The notes: generated from the letters alone by a model not told the origin. Shown: positions 40,402 through 53,287, counted from the first letter of the whole stretch. The stretch is 63,766 bases of DNA, filler included, from Dugesia japonica (GCA_001938525.1; 6 parts of 6 records of this genome joined end to end with filler, not necessarily neighbours in it), one strand, 5' to 3'. A program made the numbers and translations.

Positions 40402-41520
40402 GAAAAAAATCATCAATGCTGTTTATGCAAAATTAAGAATTCAAGATGCAAGCAATTAAAAAAGATTTGTAAATGAAACTGGAGAATCTGAAATATTTCT
40501 TAAAATTTTCGATCCGCCTAAAGATGAACTTCATGCAGTAAATTTAAAATTTCTCGATAGTAAATTAAAAACCGGCACTATTGAAAATTTAAAATTAGTA
40601 GAAAATAAATTAAAAACCAGCACTATTGAAAATTTAAAATTGGTAGAAAGCAAATTAAAAAATTTTTAATTTAAAATTTCTGATGACCCTAAAGAAGAAG
40701 ATCTAGTAAATTATAAATTTCTCAAAAAATTTATTTTTAGGTTTTTCTTTCAAATAAAAGATGATGTTAAAAAATTAAAAAAAGAAGAAATTGAACTTTT
40801 AAAAAAACAAATTGTGGTTTTAAAACAAAATGATCTATTATTTTATTTAGTGGAGGAATTTGAAAAAATAAAAGAACATCTTCACCCAAAACATGTAAAA
40901 AAAATTAAAGAAAAATTAGAAATATTTAAAACATCTAAATCTCCAGAGACCTTAGGAAAAATAAAAGAATTGCTTGATAATTATTTACCATGGGTTGGTG
41001 TTTACATTGTTTTATATATATATATTTTAAAATGTATTTTTACTATAAAGATGATAATAGATTTCCTTATTATTCCGAGAACCCATTTTACGCAACCTTA
41101 GAAAAAGTAATAATAAGTTGTCGTTGGGAATATATTAATGAAAAACTATTTTTTTTCTTATGGGTCCTTTTAAACTTTATTTTACACCTAAATCATATAT
41201 TGGACCAACATGTGTTTTTGTTGGTGGATATACGAAAATCCCCAAAATTAGTATTACTTTTAATTTTAATGGTTCTGATGAAATTGTAGATTTTACTTTT
41301 AAACCTGGGAAATTTAAATTGGAAATAAATTTTTAAAATTAAAGGGTGAAAGACGTGATTATAAAGTCTCTGATGAGAATAAAAAAAATGAAATTATGAG
41401 TAATATGTTGGTAATTGTAGACATAAAAAAATTTCATTTAATTTTACCACAAAATATTTATATTAATAAACTTATCATTATTGCTGGCTGTCCTAAAGAT
41501 GAAAGAAAAAAAATATTCGA
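40400..41520 (+). pseudogene. Disrupted fibre/spike-like ORF
   Basis: Two DP....(H/D)(A/L)VN.KFL repeats (DPPKDELHAVNLKFLD, DDPKEEDLVNYKFLK) similar to the P..DA.NK.YVD trimeric fibre repeat; many frameshifts. Confidence 0.4.
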
Positions 41521-41547
41521 TGAACTATGAGAATTTTACTATGTAAA

Positions 41548-41940
41548 ATGGCAGACGAAACATTATATCCAGATTTAAAAAATTATCAACAAGAAATAAA
41601 CAATTATACACTTGAAGATTTAAAATCAAAATTGTCATGTTTAATAATTAAAGATTTCGAAAATGACCTTTACTTTATAAATGATAAAATAAAACATTAT
41701 CGAAAATATTATTCAAAATGGGCCGCCGCCGATGACGGAATAAAAGTTGCACAAATTATAATTGGAACCGGCGTGGCCATTGTTGGTGTAATTTTGGCAA
41801 ATCCTGTTGGCCTGGGAATTACTACAATTGGTATTCCTATAATAACTGGAATAGGTTCTTCAATTCCAATTACCGGTGCATTAAATTCATCTTTAATTCA
41901 AAAGAAGAAAAAGAAGTATAGTAATTTAATTGTAAAAAAT
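41548..41940 (+). CDS. Helical protein with a two-segment hydrophobic hairpin, 3'-truncated
   Basis: MADETLYPDL...KHYRKYY..IIIGTGVAIVGVILANPVGLGITTIGIPIITGIG..KKKKKY; a LYP.L start plus hydrophobic hairpin is a recurring Polinton accessory architecture. Confidence 0.55.
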
Positions 41941-42369
41941 CATTTGTTTAAATCTTGTTTCAGAAATCTCTTTAGTTAATTCAATTTTACTATTTATAAA
42001 ATATTCTTTTTTATAGTCTTTATATTTATCAATATTAAAAGCCGCCTTAAGTTCTATAACCTCTTGAGATGTTTCTTCAAGTGGTATTTTTCTTTTGTCC
42101 GCATTTCCCACATAATGATTTGCCGCATCTTGATTTGAAAATGTTAAATGACAAATTTCACATATCAAACTTACGTTTCCTGGATTCCAACATGTTGATG
42201 AAATTTTATGTTTTTCTAAATGAAATATTGTTTTAAATCTTTCCCGACACTTTTCACAATAAACATATGCATCCGGTCTTCTACAAACAAATAATTTTAT
42301 ATGGGTTGCGAGACCCGTAGAATTTTTAAACGCCTTTCCTTAATATTGACATTTGTACATTACTACCAT
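41926..42369 (-). pseudogene. Three C2H2-like zinc fingers followed by a helical segment; probable 5' stub of this element's pPolB gene
   Basis: YKCQY*GKAFKNSTGLATH, YCEKCRERFKTIFHLEKH, ICEICHLTFSNQDAANH, then VIELKAAFN..Y..FINSKIEL, resembling Polinton pPolB N-termini. Confidence 0.55.
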
Positions 42370-42449
42370 TTTATAAAGATAAACTTTAATCATATTTATA
42401 AAAATAATGGTGGCATGAGGGTATCCTCTTTAAGAGGTCATTTTAAATG

Positions 42450-42960
42450 GCACATTTTTTATGAGGAAATTTTCTATCGCGCATTTTCTATCGCATTTTG
42501 TGGAATTTTTTTATGTGGAATTTTTTATGTGGAAATTTTTTATGTGGAATTTTGTAATTGCACTTTGTGGAATTTTTTGTGATAATTTTTCTATCGCGCA
42601 TTTTTCATTATAGTTTTTCTACGAGGAATTTTCATTATAATTTTTCTACGAGGAATTTTCTATCGCGCATTTTTCATTATAATTTTTCTACGAGGAATTT
42701 TCTATCGCGCATTTTTCATAGGAAATTTACATAGATAAATTTCTATCGCATATTTTTATGGAAAATCTTACAAAGAAAAATTTATATAGGAAATTTTCTA
42801 TCGCATATTTTCTATCGCACATTTTTATGAAAAATTTTATATAGAAAAATTTACATAGGAAATTTTATATAGGAAAATTTCTATCGCATATTTTCATAGG
42901 AAATTTTATATAAAAAATTTACATAGGAAATTTTACATATTTTTATGAAAAATCTCAATT
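42450..42960. repeat. Subterminal tandem repeat array (TTTTCTATCGC(G)CATTTTT and GGAAATTTT units)
   Basis: At least eight CTATCGC-containing units, including exact 42-bp repeats at 42640-42720. Confidence 0.9.
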
Positions 42961-44044
42961 TTTTGTAAAAATGAAAAAATGGGTATATATGCTATAAAAA
43001 TGGTTGTGGCTAAGATTATCCAAAATACTATTACTTGCATGTGTATGTTTTATGTGTATTTGATGCTCTTCGTGATCTCAACAAATGTACCAACTCCACA
43101 AAAGATGCTCCGTCATCTTTGTAAGAGTAAGAAACGTGGACAAGCGATGCGTGATATGCAGAGGGTATTTCGTCTGTACAAGGTTCATTGAATATACATG
43201 GTGAAAATTCATACTCGGGGTCGATACCAAAAGGAGAGGTAGAGAGTACTCTTGAGAAAATATCTATTGGGTTATGCGATCTATTCAATATTCTGGCGGG
43301 CTGTACTATACGAGCTATGCTGTTTTCAGCAATCGTCCGAAGCCTATTGTTATCTTCTTTGATTCTTATCGTCACTTGCTTGGCATGTAAATGTAAAGTT
43401 TTCTAGTAGTGAAGACTGTATCTATTTGAGTCAAAATTGTTTGGATAATCAGACCATCCGGTAGGAACGTAAAACATGTGTTAGGATGAAGTGTCTTATC
43501 TATAAATAATTTCGTTTTTTTTTCTTTATAATCGCAAACACAGAGTGGAATATCCTCCGGGACTGAATGTACAAATTTATTCGAAAAGGTTTTTGGGTAT
43601 TTTGCCGTTTGATACACATGTGAACAATTCTACAAATTCTGCGTTATGAACTATTAGATTATATCTATCCCCATTTTTGGTTTTCTCTGCAAATTCTTGG
43701 GTAAATTCTAGTTTGTTTAAAATTTTTAGTGTCCAAAAAATGAGATCGTTCACTTTTTAATAACTGAATTAATCTACTCTTCTGCTTGGTTGGAAAGGAT
43801 CCATAACTGACAGTGATCCATTATTGATCTGTCATAATTGAAACTGAGTCCCTTTGAGTGCATATGGTGAGGAATTCACTAATAGGGTCACTTGTGTTTG
43901 GAGTATCTATTTGCTGCATAGCAAGTTTNNNNNNNNNNNNNNNNNNNNNNNNNNNNNNNNNNNNNNNNNNNNNNNNNNNNNNNNNNNNNNNNNNNNNNNN
44001 NNNNNNNNNNNNNNNNNNNNNNNNNNNNNNNNNNNNNNNNNNNT

Positions 44045-45050
44045 TAGAGCTTTGTTATCTGTTCTAAGAGTAAATCTTTTACCATATAAGTAATGTTTAA
44101 ATTGCATACAGAAATAAAAAACAGCCAATAACTCCTTTCGTGTAATGCAGTATCCCTTTTCATGACTTGTCATTGAGCGTGATCCATAGGCAACACCTCT
44201 TTTTCTTCCTTCTTTATCTCTCTGTGACAATACTGATACAATTGTATCGAAACTGGCATCTGTATCTAATATAAATTCTTTGTTAACGTCTGGAAAACAC
44301 AATATTGGTGCAGTCATTAAAAATATTTTCAAACAAACAAAAGTATCGTTTATTTCATATGTCCATTCTAATTTTTGTTGCTTGGTCCGCTACAAAACTG
44401 CTCTAATATCTTTGATTTTCTTGCGTAGTTTTCTNNNNNNNNNNNNNNNNNNNNNNNNNNNNNNNNNNNNNNNNNNNNNNNNNNNNNNNNNNNNNNNNNN
44501 NNNNNNNNNNNNNNNGCTTCTATTTTAGACGGATCAGTTCTAACACCATTCCTGCTAATTATGTGTCCAAGAAACTTGATTTCAATTTGAAAAAACTGAC
44601 ACTTTTCTTAGATTAATTCTTATTTCCATCAATAATCTTTCAATTACTTCATAGTTTTGGTCTTTATTTTTCGTAAATATCAGTATGTCATCAATATAAA
44701 CCATGGCTCCGTGGATTCTGCCTACCACTTTTGTCATCATCTCTTGAAATGTCCCTGTAGCCGCTGCGATGCCAAATGGAATTCTATTAAAACAATATTG
44801 CCCGTGTTTCGTTGAAAACGCCGTTTTTTCCTGAGATTCTTCTTCGAGCTCTACCTGATAGTATGCATTTCCCAAATCTATTGAACTGAAATATTTAGCT
44901 ACATCTAACTTATCCACCATTTTATCGACTTTAGGCATGGAAAAGGCTTGTCTTTTCGTTTCTGCATTCAATTGTCTGAAATACAAACATATTCTTATGT
45001 CTTTCTTTTTCTTTTTCCAAACACATATCAGTGGAGCATTCATGGAGAGT
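44045..45050 (-). mobile_element. Ty3/Gypsy pol fragment (RT and RNase H)
   Basis: SIDLGNAYYQV, KTAFST, PFGI, VYIDDILIF; FILDTDAS, RKELLAV, FTLRTDNKAL. Confidence 0.93.
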
Positions 45051-45157
45051 TGCTTTTNNNNNNNNNNNNNNNNNNNNNNNNNNNNNNNNNNNNNNNNNNN
45101 NTTAATTAATTAANNNNNNNNNNNNNNNNNNNNNNNNNNNNNNNNNNNNNNNNNNNN

Positions 45158-45262
45158 AAACAAGAACCAAGAAACAAGAACCAAGAAACAAGAACCAAGA
45201 AACAAGAACCAAGAAACAAGAAACTAGAACCTAGAACTAAGAAACTAGAAACAAGAACCAAG
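45158..45262. repeat. 7-bp minisatellite (AAACAAG/AACCAAG)n
   Basis: About 15 direct units at a contig edge. Confidence 0.9.
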
Positions 45263-47066
45263 AAAATGTCCAAGGAACATTCAAAATTCAATTTACGGCT
45301 GATTTCAAAACAACAATATCAAAAGAATGATAATATTTGTAATTTATTTTACAAATTAAAATTTGTTAGAAATAATAATAATTATGGTCTTATATTTATT
45401 TCAATTTTGTGGATATGCACAAGATCGCGCAAATTCAACGCCAAGATTTTAGTAAAAAANNNNNNNNNNNNNNNNNNNNNNNNNNNNNNNNNNNNNNNNN
45501 NNNNNNNNNNNNNNNNNNNNNNNNNNNNNNNNNNNNNNNNNNNNNNNNNNNNNNNNNNNNNNNNNNNNNNNNNNNNNNNNNNNAATCCTTTTTACGTGAA
45601 GAAATAAGAACTAATAATTGGAAATATTTGATTATCAAGGAAAAGCGCCTCATTTTAGAATGAAAATATAGGAGGAAAAGGAAAAACAGCTCTGGAAAAT
45701 GAACTTTTAATGCATAAAGTTATATTTTTTATTACATTTGTATTACACACACACACATGTGTACTTACTACTATATAAAGCAAATTTTTTATTAATATTT
45801 TCATTATTTTGAAAATGAACTTCATTACTCTTACAAAAGATAATGCATCATCTGTTGAGGTCAAATGTAGTAAGCCAGGGAATTACTACAAACACGAAAC
45901 GGTCTTCTTCAAGAAACTCTGTGACTTATGCTTTCTATGTAAGATTATTTTTCAATTACTTTTAAAATCAAAAGTCAATTTAGGTTTAGGAACCTGTAAA
46001 AGTTCAGAAATGTGCCTACAGTATGCTTATGACTGGAATAAGCTTGGATGATCAATCAACGTTAAATGGATTATTTTCAAGAATCAGTCAATTAATAGAA
46101 ATATTAGATACATCATTCATCAGTTTGAAAGAGATTACCTATGAAAATTCATACAAATCAATGATAACAGCAGGAATACTTGGATATAAGAAACTGTTGA
46201 ACAATGTGGGTCGTATATGGAAAGTTAAAAGCATTAAAAAGATAGACTAGATTTGCTATGTTAATAAATATTTTAATTTTAATAAAGTCTTTTAATTATT
46301 ACCTATGTATTTTATTACTGCTTTCTTATTAGTTTTACGGTTTTTTAAAATTTAACAACTTATCAATTATAATGATATTTAAATTTATTGAAATGGTTGG
46401 CACTTATTTCTAAATATTTCAATGTTAAAATAAGTGATTTATTTTATTCCTAATTTATTAAATCTTTAACTTGTGAGGTATAAACAATGAATCCGAATAG
46501 AATTAATGTAGAATATATGGAAAGGAAATTTATTAAATAATTATTAATTTATTATTATTACTAATTAATTTTATTAATTTTTTAAATTTAGGTTAATGAA
46601 ATGAAATTTATGACTGAAGATTTAAATATACCTAATAGAATTAGAATTGAATTTCATTCAATAATTTTATTCCAATTTTTATTGCGATAATTTTATTAAA
46701 ACTGCTAAGTTAATTATCATTATAATTTTTTATTATAAATATTTAAACTTAATATGACATATTTTTATGTGTGATGAATATTTTTACAAGTTTTTATCAA
46801 TTAAAGTATAATTTTTACTTATCTGAATACATTTATTGATTTTTATCTCATTTTACTGATTTCATTCTTTAATAATATATTCCATTTACAATTTTTAGTA
46901 ACATTTTATATATTTTTAATGATTTTTATGTTACAAAATATAAAATCAATATACTTTAAGATAACTGTGCATTATGCAAAAATGTTTCAAAAGGAATTTA
47001 AGCAATATTTATTAAATAAATTAATTTTATAATTCAAATCGTAAAATTATCAAAACGATTACTTAC

Positions 47067-47616
47067 ATTTTTCTGATATTTCCGTGTAAAAATAATATTG
47101 GTAACTTGAAAGCATACTGATGTGAGCAAGAAAACTACAAAACTAACTTTATGAATGTCTGAAAATTCGAAAATTAATAAATATTATCATTGAATTATTC
47201 TACCATATGAACTACTAGAAGAATGGATACTTAATGAAATTAAGGAAATAATTTCAATAAAATTTATAATTCTCATTATTTTAATAATATAATTAGCATT
47301 TTTACTGGCAAAAGAATTCAACCAATAATTGCTAACTACATACAATATAAATAGACGAAAAATTGAAACAGGAACTGTGATATATTGCCAAATTTTTAAC
47401 TGCAATTCATAATTGCCAACGGCTGCACTAAAAGATGGTAAAAAATTACTCACCTGAATAATAAATATAATAATGAAGATTTAAAATACAGCTTACATGA
47501 CAATGTGTGGCATTGACTTCTTCAAAACTAAAATATATACTTAGAAATACACATAAAAAGCAAGCTAAAAGCTGCAAAAATGAACTAATATAAATGAAAA
47601 CTTCTAATGTTTTCAT
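47067..47616 (-). CDS. PGAP2: Post-GPI attachment to proteins factor 2 (FRAG1/DRAM/Sfk1 family), exons 47616-47497, 47453-47204, 47158-47067; 3' exons not found
   Basis: Spliced peptide ...VNATHCH-VSNFLPSFSAAVG...IW...R...NFIEIISLISLSIHSSSSSY-DIHKVSFVVF matches PGAP2 THC.V.NYLPS.S.AIG...EN.AL..L..VSS.E...IH..F..F; 43-45 bp GT-AG introns. Confidence 0.82.
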
Positions 47617-48769
47617 ATTATTTAATTTGACATATTCTTAAAGTATTAAAACAAATCTTTATTAAAATATTTTACCGAAAAATAAGTTTCAATTATATGT
47701 TTCTAATGAAAATAATCCATTTTATTGTTATATATTTAACTTTTATTCAGAATAAGTTAGAAATATAATGACATCTTCAAATCGAAAGCAAATCACACAT
47801 ATTATCAATTAAAAAATTATATAATTAAATTTGTAAATATTTGTGTAAAACTTGAATTTTAAGAAATTTAATTTTTCATCTTACAACAGCTTTTAAAAAC
47901 AAACAATTTAAAAAACTAATTAAAGTAGTATAACTTATTTTAATTTAATTTTCGAGTGTTTATACATGTGTAAATAAATTGAACAAATGAGTGATCAGTA
48001 ATTCTTCGAATTCAAATCTACTCAATTTAAAATGACTGCTATGTGAAAATTTCCAAAACAATACACAATGTTATTTTTAAAAGAAATCAAATTCAAGTTG
48101 AAATACAAAAATAATATTAAAATTAAAGTAATTACAAATCAAGAGAATATTTCGGATACATTAACATATTAATAATTTCACTAAACACTTTCCTATGATT
48201 TCAAGATCAATAAAGAGTATGAATGTGTAGTGGAATAAAGAAGTTTAGTCAACTAATATCAGATTTCGATCTTTTTAAACACGAATTATTTCAGCGTTTT
48301 CGAATATTGAGCAATTCTTACCTAAAAAAAGTAAATCATAAAAAAGGGATTATACACATTGTTAAAAAATACTCAACATCAAAAATTTCTTATATCCCTT
48401 ACTTTAAGGAATTTAAAGTTTTGGCTTGTTTTGTTCTAAACTTTTCTATCCTCATTTCTCAAAACATCTCCTATGCATTCATTCTAAAAGAGCGCAAGGT
48501 CACTCGAATCTATAGAGACTTTTATTTCAATACTTGCTCGTAAACGATAAATTCCCGTCTTCTGAATTTTTTTCCATTGCCATTTTAACAATCTGACAAA
48601 CACCAACATTTTTATCGTTGTTTACAAAAACCATTTCCACTGGACTTTTCGGTGTTCATTTCTGAGTAGATGGATAGAAGCGCACTTTGTTCTGTTTTCA
48701 TTCAATGATGGTAAAAATTCCTCTTTTATACCTTTAACTGTATCTAAAACGTAATAAGAAATAATAATA

Positions 48770-48946
48770 AGTAGGTAGATGTGAGTGCACAAAAACAGTG
48801 CCCCCTCCCCCACAGCGAAAACTCAAAACTTGTTTAGTGGTTATCGCGAATATGTTTTGGTGGTTTTCGCGCATATGCTTTGGAGTGTTGGTGAAGGGAT
48901 GAGAGGGGAGGGGAAGGAGCTGTTCTCTTGAGCTCAGATCAACTGT
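48770..48946. mobile_element. Miniature element with an AGTAGGTAGAT terminus and imperfect inverted ends
   Basis: Left end AGTAGGTAGATGTGAGTGCACAAAAACAGTGCCCCCTCCCC versus right-end reverse complement ACAGTTGATCTGAGCTCAAGAGAACAGCTCCTTCCCCTCCCC. Confidence 0.55.
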
Positions 48947-50543
48947 TTATTTGTTTTAACTAAGACATATTTAGCGGTAAATTCAATTTTTTTTGTTTAT
49001 TTTAATGAAAAACTGATATCATGGTCTCCTATAAACCGTATGAGTTGGTTTTTGTTAAAATTAACATATAAATTTAGCAGGAAATTCAAATTTAAAAACA
49101 TTTTTGGCAGGAAATTCAAATGTAATGAAAAATATTTTTTCGAGCTAAAATCCTTTTTTTTAAAAATATTTTTGTCGCCAAATTTAAAATGTTTTTCTCT
49201 TCTTTTTTTTCTCTAACGTTTTGTTTTATTTTTTACTTTTTCATCTTTTTTCTCTTTTTTAAAATTTTTTAAGGTTCTGACATGACCAAACAAGTATATA
49301 TATAGTAGTAGGTAGATATAATAAAGAATATATAGTAGTGGGAAAGAAGGACATGAGGACAGACGGGGATGACCTTTTCCGTGATCGTGACGGTAATCGG
49401 GACTATTTCCATGGCAACTGGCGGAGATATGAATATTTTGCTTTTGTGTGGAAACGTATGGCGTAATGTGTATCCATGGTAACCGTATCTATGGCTACCA
49501 AAATTTTTATAAATTTTTTCAAGAATTTTTTTGAAAAAATAAAATACTTTTTTAGATTTTTGAAAATTTTAAATTCTGAAAACATTAAGAAAAATATGTA
49601 GAGTTTAATGATATTTTTAAAAATTTTTTCCTTGTAATAATAATAACGATATAACGTTCCAAAGTTCCGGTCCTCGCGTCCTCTCATCTTTTTAGATGAC
49701 TTGCCATATTTTTTTTAAGAAATTCTTTTTGTAATGGAATATAGATTTTTTTCCTGACCTTGGTTACCCAGAATGGGACAGTTGTCATTTTAACGTGCAA
49801 AGATATTTTTTCATCGATTTTTCTCAACAACAAAGAGGAACAGAGTTGTACTATTTGCTGAACCATCTGTAACTTTTGTACCAGTGCCCAGATCACCTGA
49901 TGTTATGACAAGAGAAACTTTTTAACATTTTTGAAAAATTTTTTCTGAAAAATTAAAATAAAAGGTTTTATTTTACAATATTTTAAAATATCAAAAAATT
50001 AAGAAAAATATATCAAGATTTATGATGGTTTTAAAATATTTTTTCTAAAGTTTCTGTCGTCGCGTCCTCCAATTTTTTTGAGCAACTTGCCATTTACTTT
50101 TTAAAAATTTCTTTTGTACTTAAATCTAATATTTTTTGTCGATAGAAATATAAAAAGAAAATTTGAAAAAACTGAAATTTGATTTTTGTAAAAGTTTTAT
50201 TTTTTTTTGATTATTTTAAATGTCTAAAAACTATAACATAAATAATTTAATTTGAATTTACTATTAATTTTACTTTTATTTAAAAACTCTTCCATAAAAT
50301 TTTAAAAACTATTCTATTATAATGTTCAAAAGACACTAAAACAATTTTAAATATTTATTTATATTAAAAACATGAAACGGCAAACTAAAATAATAATAAT
50401 ATTAAAGTTATTTATTTTTATTAATATTAATACTTAAATCTTCAATTTCTCCTTCTCGATGTAAATCGCATCCTTTCACCAATTGTAATGCATCCGATAC
50501 TATTTGAAGATTAAATATTTTTGCTGTTGAACTGTTTCCCGCG

Positions 50544-50620
50544 AGTAGGGGGATAGTAGCGCATTAGCCCACTTTTTTAGCCCACCCCGGGGAGGGGGGC
50601 TCAGAAACCCATTACGCTTG
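50544..50620 (+). mobile_element. AGTAGG-family terminus (AGTAGGGGGATAGTAGCGCATTAG)
   Basis: Matches the 54936 terminus at 21 of the first 24 nt, followed by a GC-rich CCCC/GGGG tract. Confidence 0.65.
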
Positions 50621-51507
50621 GGCTGTTTTTTTAACTATGATTTTTGTGTTGTTTTTTTTTCTAAGATTTTTGGGATCAAAATTTTTTTGATCGGATCAAA
50701 TTTTTTTTGATCGTATCAGATTTTTTTATCCTGATGGTTTGTGTGTGTATTTTTAAATTTTAAAATTTGTGTGTGTTTGGGTTGTTAAGGTGGTTTTTAA
50801 AAAGTAGGTCAAATTGAGTTTGTGTGTGTGGTTGTGTGTGTGTGTGTGAAACAGTGGAAAAAAGGAGGTATAGGAGCTGGAGATCTTGGAAATAATTTTT
50901 TTGAAATTTTTAAGATTTGGTTGATGTTGGACAAAAATATTGTCTATATATTGTCTAAAGTACTTATGAGATTGGATGGATGGTTTGTCCTACAACTATG
51001 GTAGCGCATTAGCCCAATCGTATGAGTTATCGTGGGTCATTTTTTAGGAAGGCTGTAGATTTGTATGTGTTTGTTGGAATTTGTTAGTTGATGAGTTCTT
51101 GGAGAGGTATTGTGATGGAGAAGATTTTGTATGTCGAATGTACTTTGATTTTTTAATTTAAGGGCTACTATTTGATTGGTTGATATCTGTAAGTAGTATA
51201 AAAGTTTAAAAAATTTTTTTGGGCGGGGGAGAGTGGTATGTGTGGAAAGACAATTAATTATCGGAATTTTGGATATTTATTTGAAATTTTTCTGACTGGT
51301 TGGTGTGACGTCATAAGGGTTTGAAATCTTTATTTTTGTTAAAAATGATGTATTTTGCTTAAATTGATGATTTAGATGAAAGTAATGTTATTTTTGTAAA
51401 AATGATGTATTTTTGAGTATTTTTGGACTGGGAAGAGTGGCATTTCATATTTTTCGAACGGGGAAGAGGGGAGTCTTGTTATTTTTTGGTGAGAAATTCA
51501 AAAAACC

Positions 51508-51547
51508 TTTGGCGGGAAATTCAAAAAACTTTTGGCGGGAAATTTAA
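51508..51547 (+). promoter_or_regulatory. Tandem E2F plus CHR-like (LIN54) motifs TTTGGCGGGAAATTCAAA
   Basis: Two adjacent copies, with degenerate copies at 51485 and 49072-49120. Confidence 0.5.
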
Positions 51548-51891
51548 TAGTCATATGCTTATGTTATGTTTAAAAATATTACATAGACGTATATGCAGTT
51601 TTTCAAAACATTATATGGACATCTATACAATTATGAAATATTTGATCAGTAAGCACATATAAAACCCGAAAAAACCCAATAATGTAAAAATATTTTTAAA
51701 AAAAAAATTTAAAATAAAATTAAAATAAAAAAAAATGTAAGAAAAAATTAAAATATTTAAGAAAAAAATATAATAAAAACATAAAAGTAAAACAAGTTGT
51801 ACAATTTCTTCAAAAAACACCATGTATTTAAAACAAATACAAAAAAAAATTACTTTAATTTTAAAAATGAACGATCAGTGATGTAAGATTT

Positions 51892-51893
<2 letters not shown>

Positions 51894-51942
<49 letters not shown>

Positions 51943-51960
51943 CATAATAATAATAATAAT
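51894..51960. repeat. (TAA)n microsatellite
   Basis: About 22 units. Confidence 0.95.
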
Positions 51961-53287
51961 TAGTATTATTATTGTTATTCATTAGTATAATTCATTATTA
52001 TTGATTTATTTAGTATAATTTAATTTCGTATTTAATATTTGAATTGGTAAAGAGAAAACCATCGATGTTAAGAGAAAGACTGACGGGCAGTTGAAGGCGG
52101 GAACTCTATTTAATCAGCAACAACAGAATGATAGCCGAAATCATGAAGACATAGGCAGACAGGGAGACTACGGTATAAGAATCTATATTTTTTAATTAAA
52201 TTTGAAGATGATGTAAATTGATTTGGATTGGTAACTAAGTAATTGCCGAATTTTTGAAAATAAAAAAATATTGGTACGATATACATTTCAATTAAATAAT
52301 ATATTGTCCAAGGTTATTAATTTTTTTGATCTTCTTTACGTTTCTTTCAAGGAAATATTGGGACAAGTAGGCTTCATTAATATTGTTATTATTATTCATA
52401 TTTTCTTTAATATAAATTGATTTTAGGAGAAAATGTAACGGAAAATTCTTTCATGAAATTATCGAAAAAGATATTTGGATATAAGGATAAAATATCCAAA
52501 ATACTCCAAATTTCTACTTTAAGTCTAAATATTAAAANNNTTCAGAAAAAAAGTAGAAGTATTAACTAATATTAAGTACTAAACTAACTCAATACTTCTA
52601 CTATACTTCTATTTTACTTTAATAATTATTACTTATGAGTGGATTTTAAATTATCTATTTAATTACAAAAAAATAAAATTAAAATATCTAAATTTCTAAC
52701 CTTTCATTTTGTTTTAATTAGGTAATTTTAATCAATGATACATAGATCGATTTTAAATTATTTATATAATATTAATACTATAAATCAATTAAAATATNNN
52801 NNNNNNNNNNNNNNNNNNNNNNNNNNNNNNNNNNNNNNNNNNNNNNNNNNNNNNNNNNNNNNNNNNNNNNNNNNNNTTATTTATTAAAATTTATTCAAAT
52901 TTTACTAAACTGTATTTATTAAAGCCGTTTACTAAAATCATTTACTGCAATTTATTGTGAAAATTTGCTGACCGAACAATAATAATAATAAAATAAATTA
53001 TGAATTACACTGCGCATGTTAAAAAGTTCGCTTACCAATCAGTTTCGATGTTTGACAAGTTCAACCTTCTAATTGGACGCCACCAATTATTGAATCGAGT
53101 TGTTCGTCGTTTCGTGTTTCTCGCACACCAACTTTGTTGTCCTTATTTCTCAAGTAAGTCACCTCGTGTGATCTCTGGCTGTTACTGAGAATTTCTTGTC
53201 TAGCTAATCTGCTAATCATTTTCATTTTTTTTTCGTCAGCTAGACAAGGACTGAGGACTCGACCAACATTAATTAATAATATTAAAT

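Larger units (their letters stand above)
33860..42980 (+). mobile_element. Degraded Polinton/Maverick (adintovirus-like) endogenous virus, virion-morphogenesis module
   Basis: Tightly packed, intronless, co-oriented MCP, PLA2, integrase, A32-like ATPase, penton and adenain-like protease genes; subterminal tandem repeats at the right end. Confidence 0.93.

Noticed and set aside
45585-46250. Possible host exons on the plus strand
   Set aside because: Splice-like signals and a short ORF are present, but no family was recognised, so no call is made.
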